Shown: in pieces, positions 34,501-44,142 of the stretch
Numbering within the stretch: the first letter of the stretch is position 1
Layout of the letters: each line of letters opens with the position of its first letter
DNA from: Caecitellus pseudoparvulus
Taxonomy: Eukaryota; Protista; Bigyra: Bicosoecida
DNA length: 64,000 nucleotides
Direction of reading: 5' to 3'
Assembly: GCA_965644315.1 (NCBI GenBank)
Contig: CBFFRQ010000028.1
Span: 1 to 64,000 of the forward strand
Notes under the pieces: generated by a model
What the model saw: only the letters and a program-made list of their open reading frames with translations
Told to the model about the DNA's origin: nothing
Databases searched by the model: none
Made by a program: the position numbers and the translations under genes

Positions 34501-34695
34501 CGGGCCTCTGCCGGTGCCCTGGCGCTGCCTGTGCGGGGCCTGAAGTGGCTGAGGGGCAGTGGCGAGCCGTCGGCGTCCCCCGTCGCCCTCGTGCAGCAGG
34601 CCGCTGGCGCCGCCACCTCCTTCCTGCAAGACCTGTACACGCCCCAGCTGCCGCCCCACCTGCAACGGCTGGCAGCTGGGGCGCCACATTTGTGA
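28561..34695 (+). CDS. PGAP1: PGAP1/Bst1-like GPI inositol-deacylase with long extension
   Basis: N-terminal TM, PVLFVHGHRG, ALDFHE, lipase motif AHSMGG, TLNSPH, and several C-terminal TMs. Confidence 0.85.
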   Translation: MGLPGRTPRCLCKGQLVSGVVGCCLITWFIWSVALGTTFFGVNTCVHVSCAGEQRPVHFSLTRTSPLAQIGEHPKWDTVPVGRTRFPAGSPGSFDPRLNADFSLLYLRHAGPTAGAGPSSQMKMLHAALAGNASAKLDFLRAQRLLDRMHPDFACPVGLPVLFVHGHRGTGEQASSFAVQGVSQALQDGAAPGHTPLSWFALDFHEAPTAFHAGLMQAQAAFVNDAIARIQAWYAHPGCAHSTAKIAGSPASAGWKPPVLLLAHSMGGIVARLAFISPNHIPGSVTNLVTLNSPHQAHPVDADATVAALYQHINAAWHTASTGGPDPHMLRELTVVSFTGGFGDALIRPDLTRLDGLVAPSHAVWAPLDAVPGVWGVTSHDNIVACGPFLVRFLRTLRRVAHAMTAPDSPPPSTTWRRHLLLQHADDSAPQPTHPAAHVPSTPFTIQLLPAWLVSRIRIGDGLFLLGESAANRVFALTEKGVDVSDLLSLGVEGSERKVELQGHVPDPPSAGAPASTPKVCLHSLTHTGADPSTTRLTLTSNAPPLCVISGLQPCAGPPGGMQVTVGGQPVTWLDTGPIPDGHLRLARHRPVSLGAAAELTRAVLGKGEPPPLSTFGVPQAALQGGGQSPHTRAALLPVANSAWEAHGMVTSAANANGEVCLTWTRPASPSAWQWLTLSVSQGPPPAPQRTTQVPGGWAQALGLAVNPLAWVAAVAGGGVAALTQHQWVLPHGATPTTLLLPRGSRLSPVLLYTVTVRSVHCGVTLSPGSASGSDGPAFWGSLRFAPDTQAQQVVWSNLPLAAHSAEGVTEALDAQQQAQLDSTSQVLRWLVAAALGWDLTHTSPPALHMREVLAQPEATLAPHDAHYTLKVGAWLNDTAAPGLSLTSDPRCHRTITLSPAPSSLLLAWVPHRLHWVLTTLCTVVCMHLFMAHWLWVVRRQQWKRGKRLWKARLWEFQCQRELGWADARQELPTPELPHYPSYPSLAHIQRRYWLVMMGAAVVLSTLGTLCQPLFLPKPAWQQARWLHGSHGTPVAWEEPGVLERLLMHALGMVIVAAYCALLSSIATGLSGLARVARACQTRCSECVAKALSRGHLPAPCARITLTLLSSCAWGAQHPTHTTRKTSGGNDDELGIPMGGIPLGLPPLREAPPTGITSLWNVVVATAKAGMEAAEPDASYDDPQANAATTPTSVGRFTPHVAQHHSEADDDVMLGVAPAQRDAMRAAMASRPATPWEAGQPSTAPGAGLHLGAELSLGLGSRTESPLPSGQGADSPPLPALDTSQNHFLVSLPAFPPPAGTPASLASPTGGTGVPTIRVALHQPPGWPVPSQTHGSSGSGGPPHSVPHRRSLSSTGIVMDRATPPSEHPSLGGVKVRSAGGVPLATGRLPDLSLTTPTHIARSKSQNGNALQLLTLGVPLPQAAPPTPRLRKAPSRPPRCGSMESLMPSQSGGGGGGVHLSSGGRSRLSSGSASDAASDRASSPSRAAGAKRRGRSSGAASGGEFACIVDDVLEATGLADQADGRVQGDMHMLGEGSDTPPDELPQPTSVAAAAAMTFHARVAAAAAHTSSHSGLVSQMGHRVLGSASAPPSSPTSPTQASDAPGSLLLLSMPDTLADAVIAAELDIAWRQQDAACLATVGRDVSSVARDPLGAIAAWMGVPDDERDGSVHSSAAAPALIGDSPIEQERGGGARWRGGGWAAASPPSSPTPTPHPAAGRHPASACRGRGVRLATACACLPARLWRTLQRVDKHGAAMGLVVALLGATWMTLVTVALVLPWLVAAGAFVGLLLQALWAAATLPPSSHSLAAAHARATVRRADSSTAKLGRRSRGNSMAEADAALRHFTQGQAVAAVSAVNETRHQEAAILLYTLLFLTKITTVLYTAEAASHLRHPFHRDIVLALPLALHLFSMRVGKPQSNSAVLPAYAALLLGVGVAAQGRMYAIPHVVAAYALLNLAATLHHALARTPVGQLGTALFRRASAGALALPVRGLKWLRGSGEPSASPVALVQQAAGAATSFLQDLYTPQLPPHLQRLAAGAPHL

Positions 34696-34850
34696 CACGA
34701 CACCACTTTTAATGCACACCTGCGCGCTGCCAAGGCTGCGCTGTTGCCTTACTGAGTGAGAGCCAGGCTGACGCTCACTTGTGTGCCTCGCCTGCCGTTG
34801 CGAGGCTGGAGCAGAGCTGGCCCGCCCGTGGCGCAGCAACGTGAGCAGCC

Positions 34851-37800
34851 ATGGCAACATGCACGAAGGAGCTGGAAGATTGGACGATGGAGGACATTCT
34901 CACTGAAGTGAAGGACACCAACGCCGCCACGAAAGCCTTCAAGCGCTACATCGTGAACCGCGTGCTCAGGTGCGGAACTTGCTGCACGGCATACGCAGCC
35001 AGCCCCTGCCCCTGCTGCACGCAGCACTGCCTGCAAAGCCACGCTGTTCGCAGGAGTCATGCGGGAGAAGGTGGCTTGCAGCAGCAGTTCTGGTCAACTC
35101 ACCTGCAAGAGGTGTGCCTCCACGCCCTGCGTTCTGGCGCCGCCTCAGGCATCCTGCTCACACTGGCGCCTGCTCCACCCACGCAGGTGCTCTGCCGGCT
35201 CTTCGGAGAAGGCCCTCACGCCAGCAAGGCCAGCTGGCTTGACAGTCTCTCCGGCAAGCTAGTGCGTGGACGCTGCATCGCAGTGCCGACTCTCCCCCTG
35301 CTGCACCCACCGAACCTTCCCGCGTCGCAGTACAAGGAGTGGGACTTGCTCTTCGGACAGGACGAGGGCCTACCCGCGAAGCACCACTGGTCTGCCCAGG
35401 ATGAAGACATCGCCGAAGGTGCCAACAGGCTCCTGCGCATCCTGCAGTACACCACGAGGGATGGCTGTGTCGAGTCGCTGTACACTCTCCGACCCCCAGC
35501 AGTGCGTGCCTCCCTGTCACACGCTGTCCACGGCACCGCCTCACACGACCCCACCGCCCTGCGCAGCCGCTGACTGTCCCCTTGTCCTTCCTGCCTCATG
35601 ACCAGCAGTACCTCCTCGCCACCGGCGATCAGCACCGCAGCGCATTCCTGCAGCTACTGGAGTCTCGGTGCCCTGGAGCCCTGGCAGCAGTCGTGGGGAC
35701 CCTGACGAGTCCTGCTCTGCAGGGGCAGGCAGGGGCCCTCATCCGCCTGCCCCTGCACGCGGCTGTCATCCTGTACCTCGTGCACTTCTTCGTCTCCACC
35801 AGCCGCGCCGCCAGCACGCGCCTGCGAATGACACCCATTCGCCCCCTCAGCACACCCACCAACAGCTGCGGCTACAGCGCCCTGCTCCCAGCAGCTGCCA
35901 GTGCAGACTTGCTGCGCCCCAAGGCCCCCACCCCTGGGAGCGAAGTGCAGCTGGAGCAGCCAGAGCAGGCGGCAGACCAAGACGCCCTGCGCCAATCGGC
36001 AGCTGTGGCACAGCAGCTGGCCACAGTGGGCCTTGCTTGGAGTGAGAGTGGCGCTGCCATCATCCCTCGTGTACACCGCATGGGGTACCTGTGCTGGAGC
36101 CTGGAGGAGCTGACATCGCGCTCCCCGGCGCTGGGGGCTCTGGTGGATGAGCACCTGAGCCAGCTGCTGGTGGAGCCGGACGCTGTGGCGGCAGCTGCCG
36201 TGGAGCTGGGTGAGCCAGGCTTTGCACCCCTGGCCCAACGCCACCCTACCTGCCCCTACCGCCCCACTGGGGCATACCTGCAGCAAGCTGACGCTGCCAT
36301 GGCCCTCAGCTGCCTGCAGCACTGCTTGCTGCTGCAGAACCACCCCCTCAGCCTGCCCCTGCCCGGCTCTGTCGGTGGGCACCTGCGCACGCCCGGCATG
36401 CCCATGCAGACCCCCGAACGCCTCAAGGCGGCCATCGTGCGCCGCGGCCTGGGCGCTGCCATGGACCTGTCCACTGCCAGCCCTGAGCAGCAGGACAGGG
36501 GCGCTCAGGCCGCCAGCCTCTGGCGCGCCCAGTACGCCTACCGCGCACCGCTGCCAGACACGCTGGCAGCCGTGGCTGCCCTCATCTACCACGCCCAGGC
36601 AGACCCGGCACTGCCCTTCCTGTGTGGCGGCCGGTCAGAGGATGCAGACGCCGTCGCGTCAGCGGGGCGCATGTTTCAGGGGGGCATGTCCGGGCCCGGC
36701 GTGCGCCTGCTGGTGCCAGGCAGCCTCGGCATGACTGCGCAGTTTGGGGGGGACCCGGTGTGGGACGAGGCACAGCTGCTGCTGGTGGGGCAGGCCTCGG
36801 CCGAAGCCGCCCAGAGCGGCCGGCGTGGGGAGAGACTGGGCGCTGCGTTTGCCACGCTGCGCCGAGAGTACTGCGGCGAGACGCCTCTCCTGCGGTGCCT
36901 GCACATGCCCATGTTCCACTTCTTCCGCATCCACCTGGACCAGCTGCCTCTGGACACCAATGGGCCGTTTGTCGAGCTGGTGCACGTGTGGCTGGCATAC
37001 CTCACTCCGTGGAGGGCAGGCGCTCGCAAGGCCCATGTCCTGGCCATGCCCGACCGCAGCGCCGCCGCCCGCCTCAAGGGTGTGCGAACCGACGACGGTG
37101 GCGGCAGCCTGCAGGCCGTGCTGGGGCCGCTGAACCAGGCAGCAGCCAGGGTGGGCCTGGGCGGACTGGCGGCCATGCTCACGACGACCCTGCACCGAGT
37201 GCTGGGTGCGGCAGCGCCCCCCCCCACCGTAGGCAGGGTGCCTGGGGATCGCTTCCTGCAGAAGGGCGTCACTGCTCGGTGGGCCACCACCCTCGCCCAC
37301 GCGTACGGGGACTTCGCCCGCACCGGCAAGCAGTATGACAAGTACTGGCGTGGCTTTGTCGCGCAGCACCACGCCTTCTACGTGCACCTGCTCACGCTGT
37401 TCTGTGCGCGCCTGCGGGGGGGGCAGGTGGACCTCACCTTCGCCCCTCCAGCCGTCGGCCGGGGAGCTGTGCCCATCTCTGAAGGCAGCCTGTTCCGCGC
37501 AGACCCTCCCCACGCTGGCCTGGGCAGCTTCCTGCACAGGGTGCGCTTCCCGGCTCTGGACCTGGTGGAGGCAGTGCTGGACGTCTTCGAGCCACGCGTG
37601 GTGGACACGCTTTGGCACTGTGGCCACCTCCTGCACGGCGACACGCTGGCACGGGCAGCGCTGGCCAACGCCGAGGGCGTGCCCACCATGACCCCAGGCA
37701 GGGAGCCACAGCACAGCCCAGCGCTGGTGGCGCTGCAGCCGCCTCCCTCAGACAGGCCCGTCCTGGCCACCTCTGCCGTCGCTTCGCGCCAGCTGCGGTG

Positions 37801-39196
37801 GGCGGCCTGGAACCGCGCCGCCACCAGCCAGGCAGGTGACAAGCTGCTGCCGGCAGCCTTGCGATACCACGGCAATGCCCTGGGCGTGGACGCCAGCTGC
37901 CTGTCCGAGACACTGCTGCCTGTGGCAGAGTCCGAGGCAGCCCACAAGTGGCGGGTGGATGTGGGCACCGACACGCCTGTGGCGCCTATGGCCTCGACGG
38001 TGGTGGCGGGGGACATCCACTTGGGGGATGTGCCCGAAGGCGCCCACTTCCTGGGCACCACGCTGCCCACCCCTGAGGAAGCACCCCTGGAGTCCCAGGC
38101 CCGCCTGCTGTCCCCCGACGCCCTGTTCACGACCCCCGTGGAGACCGCATCCCTGTCTGACTCCAGCACTGCCAGCGTGCAGGCGGGCCGCATGCACGCT
38201 GCAGGCGTGCTGGTCATGGTGTGTGCCGCGCTGGACGGCGCCAGGCGTGCCGCGGGCGCCACCCCCGGCGCAGTGCTGACAGGGCAAGCGCCCGACACTG
38301 CCGCCGTGCTGGCCATGCTGCAAGTGACCCTGCTGAGCTGGTGGCGCATGCTGCTGCACATTGTGGGCCTGCGAGGGCCGGTGGATGTGCGGGCTCACGC
38401 GGTGGACCGCCTGCAGCACGTGGCCCACAGGCTGGGCGAGATCTTCGGCCTGGAGCACATCGTCGACGAGTGCGACACGGCCATCATCGAGCGCGCCGCG
38501 ACGGGGCAGGCGCTCAAGGCGGCGGCCAAGTCTGCTGCTGCATCCTCCTGGAGCAGTGTCGCAGGGCCACGGCCCCAACGGGAGGCGCCTGCAGCAGGCA
38601 CGCCCGGGCGGGGTCCCGCGCGGCGTCTGGCACAAGCGGGTCGCCAGGCTGTGTCGCAGGGCACTGCGCGGTGCACGCTGGATGACGCGGACTTCCTGGG
38701 ACACCCCAGCCACATCCCTGTGCGGCGGGACGAAGTGGCTGCGGTTGTCTTCGCGACGCAGCACCTGTGCATTGTCCTGGTGCAGCTTCTGGTGGCGTTG
38801 CTCGTGCCCACCCAAGCACCCTCCCAGCACACGAGCATCCTGGACTGTGCCTTGCTGCAGCACAGAGCTGCGCTGGAGCCCCTGGCGGAGTTCTTGGGCA
38901 CGTCCCCCGAGGTTCTGACTGCCTACGGGCAGGTGCGCCTGACAGACTCTGGCATGCACTTGGTGCCTGCCGACACGTGCACCGCTGCCAGCCAGGTGCA
39001 CCCCAGTACGCCCCTGCTCCTGCCGAACTTCCTGCGGGTGGCGGCCCGCACCCGTATAGTTGCCGTTGCGCTCCTGGTGGCTGTCCTGCTGGGGTGGGGC
39101 CTGGGAGGCTTGCCGGGCATGTTGGCCTGCTCCGGCATCCTCGCTTCCCCGCTACTGTTGGCTTTGGCGGTGCAGTCGTCACGTCCAGGGTTCTAG
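34851..39196 (+). CDS. SMPD4: Sphingomyelin phosphodiesterase 4 (nSMase3)-like protein, multi-exon
   Basis: FFRIHLDQLPLD…VWLAYLTPWR, WRGFVAQHHAFY and GHPSHIPVRRDEV resemble conserved SMPD4 blocks. C-terminal TM. Four short 5' introns between about 34970 and 35570. Confidence 0.78.
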
Positions 39197-40933
39197 AGCC
39201 AGCTCGGCGTTCCCACACATAATGCGGCAAAAGCCCGCCATGCTGAGGCAATTTGCATCCCCATAACTGCGGAGGGTCTCGCCGGCTTCGGGCTGGTCCA
39301 CCCAGCGCTGGAGCGCTGCGTGTGAAATACAAGCACACCTGCCGCCACCCACCATGTCAAACGCCGCCACGAGGAAGGCAGTGCTGGTGTACACGCTGGC
39401 AGGCAGCAGCACTGCAGTCACCTCCTGCAGGCCCAGTCGCTGCTCGTGGTTGCCAGCCACACACGCGTTGAATACGGTGGGCGCCCGCTGATCCGGACTC
39501 GTCGCACCTGCCCGGTGCATCAGGCGGTGCATGTCACGCAGGTCAATGCAGCCCTGTGCCGAGCCGGTGCAGGACAGGAGCGCCTGCCTCGCCTCCGCGA
39601 CACACGAGTGGGGCATGCTGCGCCAGGTCCGGGCCATGCCAAGCAGCACCGCCCGCTTCAGGGGGTGCTGCGCGTAGAATGCAGCCGCCCGCAGCAGCAG
39701 GCGTCCCGGGCCCGTGCTGCCTCGCGAACAGCCCTCCTGCAGCATCCACGGGTGGTGTAGGGCCTCCAGCGCAGTCAACCGTCTGCCAGGCGTCGTGAGC
39801 AGCGAGCGCACGAGGCTCTTGCAGGGCGCGGACACATGCAGCCACTCCTTGCCCTGCATGCTGTACTGCATGCTGGCGATGCGCTGGAAGATGCGGGCGT
39901 CGGTGCTGCCCCAGAATGGGGGGTACCCACAAATCATGATGTACAGCATGACCCCCACACTCCACATGTCGGCCTTCTCCCGGTACTTCCGCTGCAGGAC
40001 CTCGGGTGCGATGTAGTACGGCGTGCCCACGCGTGCAGCCAGATCGTCACCCCCCGACGGCAAGTGCGCCGCCAGCCCGAAGTCAATGACCCGCACAGCA
40101 TAGTGACTGCCTAGCCGCGTGCGGAGCACATTTTCAGGCTTCAAATCTCTGTGCACGATGCCACGTCCGTGCAGGTACACCAGGCACTGCAACAGTGGTC
40201 GCATCTGCGGGAGCGTTAGAGTGTGGTGCGGCTGTGCGACCAGGAGCCTGGCCAGCGCAACGCAGCCTGCCAACGCACGACTGAGAAGGCTTCCTGCTCT
40301 GAAAGATGCTTCTTGGCAACGATGCGATCAAAGAGCTCGCCGCCAGGAGCCAGCTCTGTTACCTGTGTGAGAGAAGCGCCAAACGAGTGGTGCAGGTGTG
40401 CTGTGCTCTTGAGAACGTTTGCTTGTCTGCACACACGAGTGTCAGCGTCTCACGCGTCTCGAACGCATCAAGCAGGCGAATGATGTTAGGGTGCTTAACC
40501 TCCTGGAAAGAGGATGACGGCACGACGTTCAGCGCGGCAGGCAGCGCCTTCGAGCGGCAAGGGCGCCCCCTCACCCTCAAAATGGCCACCTCTGCTTGCA
40601 GCGCAGTTTGGTCGGTGTACGCCGCCTTCTTGATGCGCTTTACCGCGACGCGTTGCCCACTGTGTCGAAGAACGCCGAGAGACACGATGCCATAGTGCCC
40701 TGTGAGCTCGGGCCACAGCGCAAACGGAGGATGCAGGCAGGCGCGGAAATTGGCCCTGCAACGCAACACCCACCAGCCCCGATGGGCTTCTTGCTGATGA
40801 CCCTTACAAAGTCCTCCTCACGTCGACGTTGCTCAGCAAGGGACAAAATAGCTGCGCATTGCTTGGGAGGCTGAGGAGCCTTGGCTGGCAGTACAGACGC
40901 TGACGAGCTCGCGGCAGTTGGTGGGGACGGCAT
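39179..40933 (-). CDS. CDPK-like Ser/Thr kinase with degenerate EF-hand region
   Basis: After splicing four GT-AG introns: IGAGHYG, VAVK, HRDLKPEN, DFG, GTPYYIAPE and GYPPF. Junction-like segment FYAQHPLKRAVL. Start uncertain. Confidence 0.88.
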
Positions 40934-41115
40934 TCTTGGACCCTTGGGCACATCCGCACCGTCTGTGTTGCAGTTGCACTGAGCGGCTTCAAGAATCTGC
41001 TCAGAAAGAGACACTCCGTGGGCCCTGCCCACGACGTGCCCCGTGTGCAGAGGGTTGGTTGCATTGTTCGTGGTTTACGCAAGTGCAACCCACTCGCCTC
41101 CACATACGGCGTCCT

Positions 41116-42021
41116 TCACACAAAGCCCTCCCCGTGCTGCTCCCCAACCATGGGCATGCTGTGCACGGGGCGCTGCTGCAACAAAGCGGGAAAGTCATCA
41201 GAGGGGCGCTGCTCCAGCATGGCTGGGGACAGGGCCGTCTCCACAGGGCGCTGCATGATCACGCCAGGCGGCAGCTGGTGTGTGGGGCGCTGTGAGATGT
41301 CTGCGCGTCGCGGCCGGCCTGACTCAGGAGCCGACTTGCCTTCTGCTGACCATGGCGCGGGGATGTCGGGCTGCTCGCGCAGGGAGGGGCGCTTGGGCTT
41401 GCTGAACTCAAACAGCACTGTGCCTTCCGCGGCAGGCACCCTGACTGCGTGGTACGCCTTATCGTGGCCTGAGTGGTTGTAGCGCCACTTCACCACCACC
41501 ACGGGCAAGGAGCCATCAGCGTCCTTGCGCGAGACGACTTTCGTGATGTGCCCACCGCACCCCAGGGCCAGGATCATGTGCTTGCTCCAGTCGGGGCTGC
41601 CTGGCCCAGCGGACGGAAGCAACTTCAACGCATCAGAGACTTCCCTCGTGCGCTGCACGGTCTTGCCACGGGTGGGGGACAGGTCGAATCTGGTCGTGGT
41701 GATGGTGTGCTGCAGCAGGCGCAGCTCGTGGGCCGACCGCACCACCACCTCGTCGTCGGTGCCGTCAAACAGCACACCAGTCCACTCCTCCAAGATGGGC
41801 AGCTCCGTCACTGCACCTGCGATGGCGTCACTGCCCTCTGCTGCGGTGCCAGGGGCACCTACAGCACCTGAAGCTGACTTGGCTCCTGTTCCTGCAATTC
41901 ACGGGGCGTGGTGGGGTGCCTGCTTGCCACTGTGCCTTGCCGCCCGCGCCTTGGCGTGGTGCGCACCTCCGAAAACGCTTGCAAGCAGCTGGCGGCCGAT
42001 TTGGCCGGTCTCGCTCGCCAT
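41116..42021 (-). CDS. Hypothetical protein, possibly containing a PrcB C-terminal-like domain
   Basis: Exon 1 MASETGQIGRQLLASVFG, intron 41892-41966, then an open frame to 41116. The segment DWSKHMILALG…YHAVRVP…VLF resembles PrcB_C (from memory only). Confidence 0.65.
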
Positions 42022-42574
42022 GTCGCCGCGCACACACGAGGAAACTACTCAGGGGGCGCTCTGCCAGGGACCACGTTGGCCTGCTCGGGGAGGAGCAAGC
42101 TTCTGCAGGCGACGCCTTGGGATGTTGCTGGTGTGGAAGGTGGGCAACCACGCGTGAAAGGCTAGGGACCGAAGACACATAGAAAGGTCGATAAAGGCTG
42201 GGTTCCAGTATGCAGAGGGAGGGAGTTGATTTGAAAAGTCGCCTGCATCGCAGCACCCATTGGGTCCCCCCCGCCCCCCCGCGTGCTGCGGGGAGGTCTC
42301 GTCGGGAAGGCGACCCTGCGGAAATTGCCTGCCAATCCAACCAACACGGCAAAACCAACCCCACGTGGTGTATGGCCACGCTGCTGTTCCTGCACTGCTG
42401 GCCATCGCAGTACATCACATCTTTGTGCCATCTGCCATTGGTGCTGGGCACCCCGGGCAAGGTCAGTGCTCCCCTGCTGCTTGCGTTGCGAAGGGTCCCT
42501 TGCCTCTGGAAGGCGGGCGTACACCTGGCCCCTGCAGCCTTTCGAGGCAGGCCTGCGCTGGCCCACCTGCAGCC

Positions 42575-43122
42575 ATGGTGTACATCGATGCTAGCGGTGA
42601 GTCGCGCGCCACATGGCTCGATGGAAGTGCACGGGCGCTGCAGGGCGACCTGTGCACACGTGGTGCCTGAAACGCCGCTGCTGCGCAGGGCGAGTGCAGA
42701 AGGACCAAGGCTGGCTGCGCGCCAGCATCATCACAGACTGCCTGTGGGGCCTGTTGAACTTCATTTGGCTGTTCTTTTCAACTCTGTGTGGTGTGAGTCG
42801 TGCCCAGCGAGCCCGGCGTGCCCTGCGGCTCTCCCACTGCACTGCGCCCACGCCACAGGGTCGGGACACTGGGAACGTCGCGCGTCTGTCAGGGCGAGGC
42901 GGGACCCATGCACAAGGCCCAGGAGGCGGGGGCGGGCCGGGAGGCGGTGGTCCGCCCCGTGGTCCCCCTCGGCCAAAGCCTGCAGACAAGTGGAAGGGGG
43001 GGGGCACCGCGCCGTCAGCCGGAGGAGGCGGCCGTGGCAACACACATGGCCTCAGCAACCGCTCCCAGGTGCGCGGCATGAGCAACAGGCCGCCTGTTGC
43101 TCGAGGAGGCGGGTGAGGATAA
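42575..43122 (+). CDS. SELENOK: Selenoprotein K (Sec at TGA 43114-43116)
   Basis: Exons 42575-42596, 42689-42792 and 42859-43122 give MVYIDASGRVQ…WGLLNFIWLFFSTL, a Gly/Pro-rich tail, and …RGGG-TGA-GGA-TAA (GGUG*). This matches SelK architecture, and a SECIS lies downstream. Confidence 0.92.
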
Positions 43123-43151
43123 GCCACACGCTCGGTATCCGAGTGTGTGGC
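43123..43151 (+). promoter_or_regulatory. SRE-like stem-loop 6 nt after the Sec UGA
   Basis: gccacacgctcgg-tat-ccgagtgtgtggc forms a 13-bp stem with one G-U pair. Confidence 0.6.
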
Positions 43152-43171
43152 CCCCCCCGTTTTCTCCCCTG

Positions 43172-43274
43172 TGCGTGTGTGTGTTGGGCAGCTGCAACAT
43201 TCGCAGCCTCACGATGGGGGTGGTGTAAGCCAGGCCACCTGGACAGCACCCCCTGATACAGCCCCCACACATGC
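43172..43274 (+). promoter_or_regulatory. Form-2 SECIS element with non-canonical ACGA core
   Basis: ACGAT 43211-43215; helix II 43216-43226/43243-43253 (10 of 11 paired); AA 43227-43228; apical mini-helix ccagg/cctgg; TGAT 43254-43257. Flanks can form helix I. Confidence 0.85.
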
Positions 43275-43308
43275 TTTGCTGTGGCGTGTCCCTGAGTTTC
43301 AATGCACG

Positions 43309-44037
43309 TCAGGCCCCTCCCCCCCGCTGTGCCTGCTGCACCAGCAGGTGCTGGTACGCCAACGCCAACCCTGCGAACCACAGCAACCACGTGAACACGT
43401 CATCCAGCAGGCCAAACGGCCCCAGCAGCGCCTCTGGCATGAGGTCCACAGGCAGCACTGTGTACAAGAATGCCCCTGCAAGGCGCCAGAGCTGCTGAGA
43501 TGTGACTGCCAGGCGCAGCAGCTGCAGCCACCCGTGCCGCCGCGTGAAGGCAGCTGCCAGAATGCCGGGAGCGGCCTGCAGCAGCGGACCCAGGTTCTGC
43601 CACTGCCCCAGGCGGATGTTTTGCACAGCTCCCACCTGGGCGTTGTACTGCGCCACCTGCTCAGCGGCTGCCGCGTCTGCCTCAGTGTCCCCCACCGGCA
43701 CTAGCGCCACGACCTCTTGCCGGCACATGGGGCACTTGACGGCCGCTGGGGCGAACTGGGCCTGCCAGTACTGGTGCAGACACCCCGTGCAGAACTGGTG
43801 GTTGCAGCTTGTCAGGCAGGGGTGGGTGGCAGCGTCCAGGCACACGGCACAGACGTCCTCCCTGGCTTGGGGAGGTGGGCCACCTCCCTCGCCAGGCGCA
43901 GCAGTGCGCCCGCCGAAACACGTGTGGCGGGCACAAGGGGCACAGCAGCAGCATGCCTGCAGGAGCATGCACGTTCCTGCTCCCAACAGCGTCAAGGCCA
44001 TCAGCACTTCATCTGCTATGCCGAAGATGAGCGGCAT
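43309..44037 (-). CDS. RNF170: RNF170-like C3HC4 RING E3 ligase with DUF1232-type C-terminus
   Basis: CAVC…TSCNHQFCTGC…CPMCRQ, YTVLPVDLMPEALLGPFGLLDD and an N-terminal TM. Confidence 0.88.
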   Translation of the reverse strand: MPLIFGIADEVLMALTLLGAGTCMLLQACCCCAPCARHTCFGGRTAAPGEGGGPPPQAREDVCAVCLDAATHPCLTSCNHQFCTGCLHQYWQAQFAPAAVKCPMCRQEVVALVPVGDTEADAAAAEQVAQYNAQVGAVQNIRLGQWQNLGPLLQAAPGILAAAFTRRHGWLQLLRLAVTSQQLWRLAGAFLYTVLPVDLMPEALLGPFGLLDDVFTWLLWFAGLALAYQHLLVQQAQRGGGA

Positions 44038-44142
44038 GTCGCGAAACGCCGCCAAAACGCGTGGACCCCAAACAGCCGCAGTGCGTGCAAGGAGCAAACA
44101 CTGGTGAATTACCAGGGTGCATTCTGGCGTTGTGAGGTTTGC

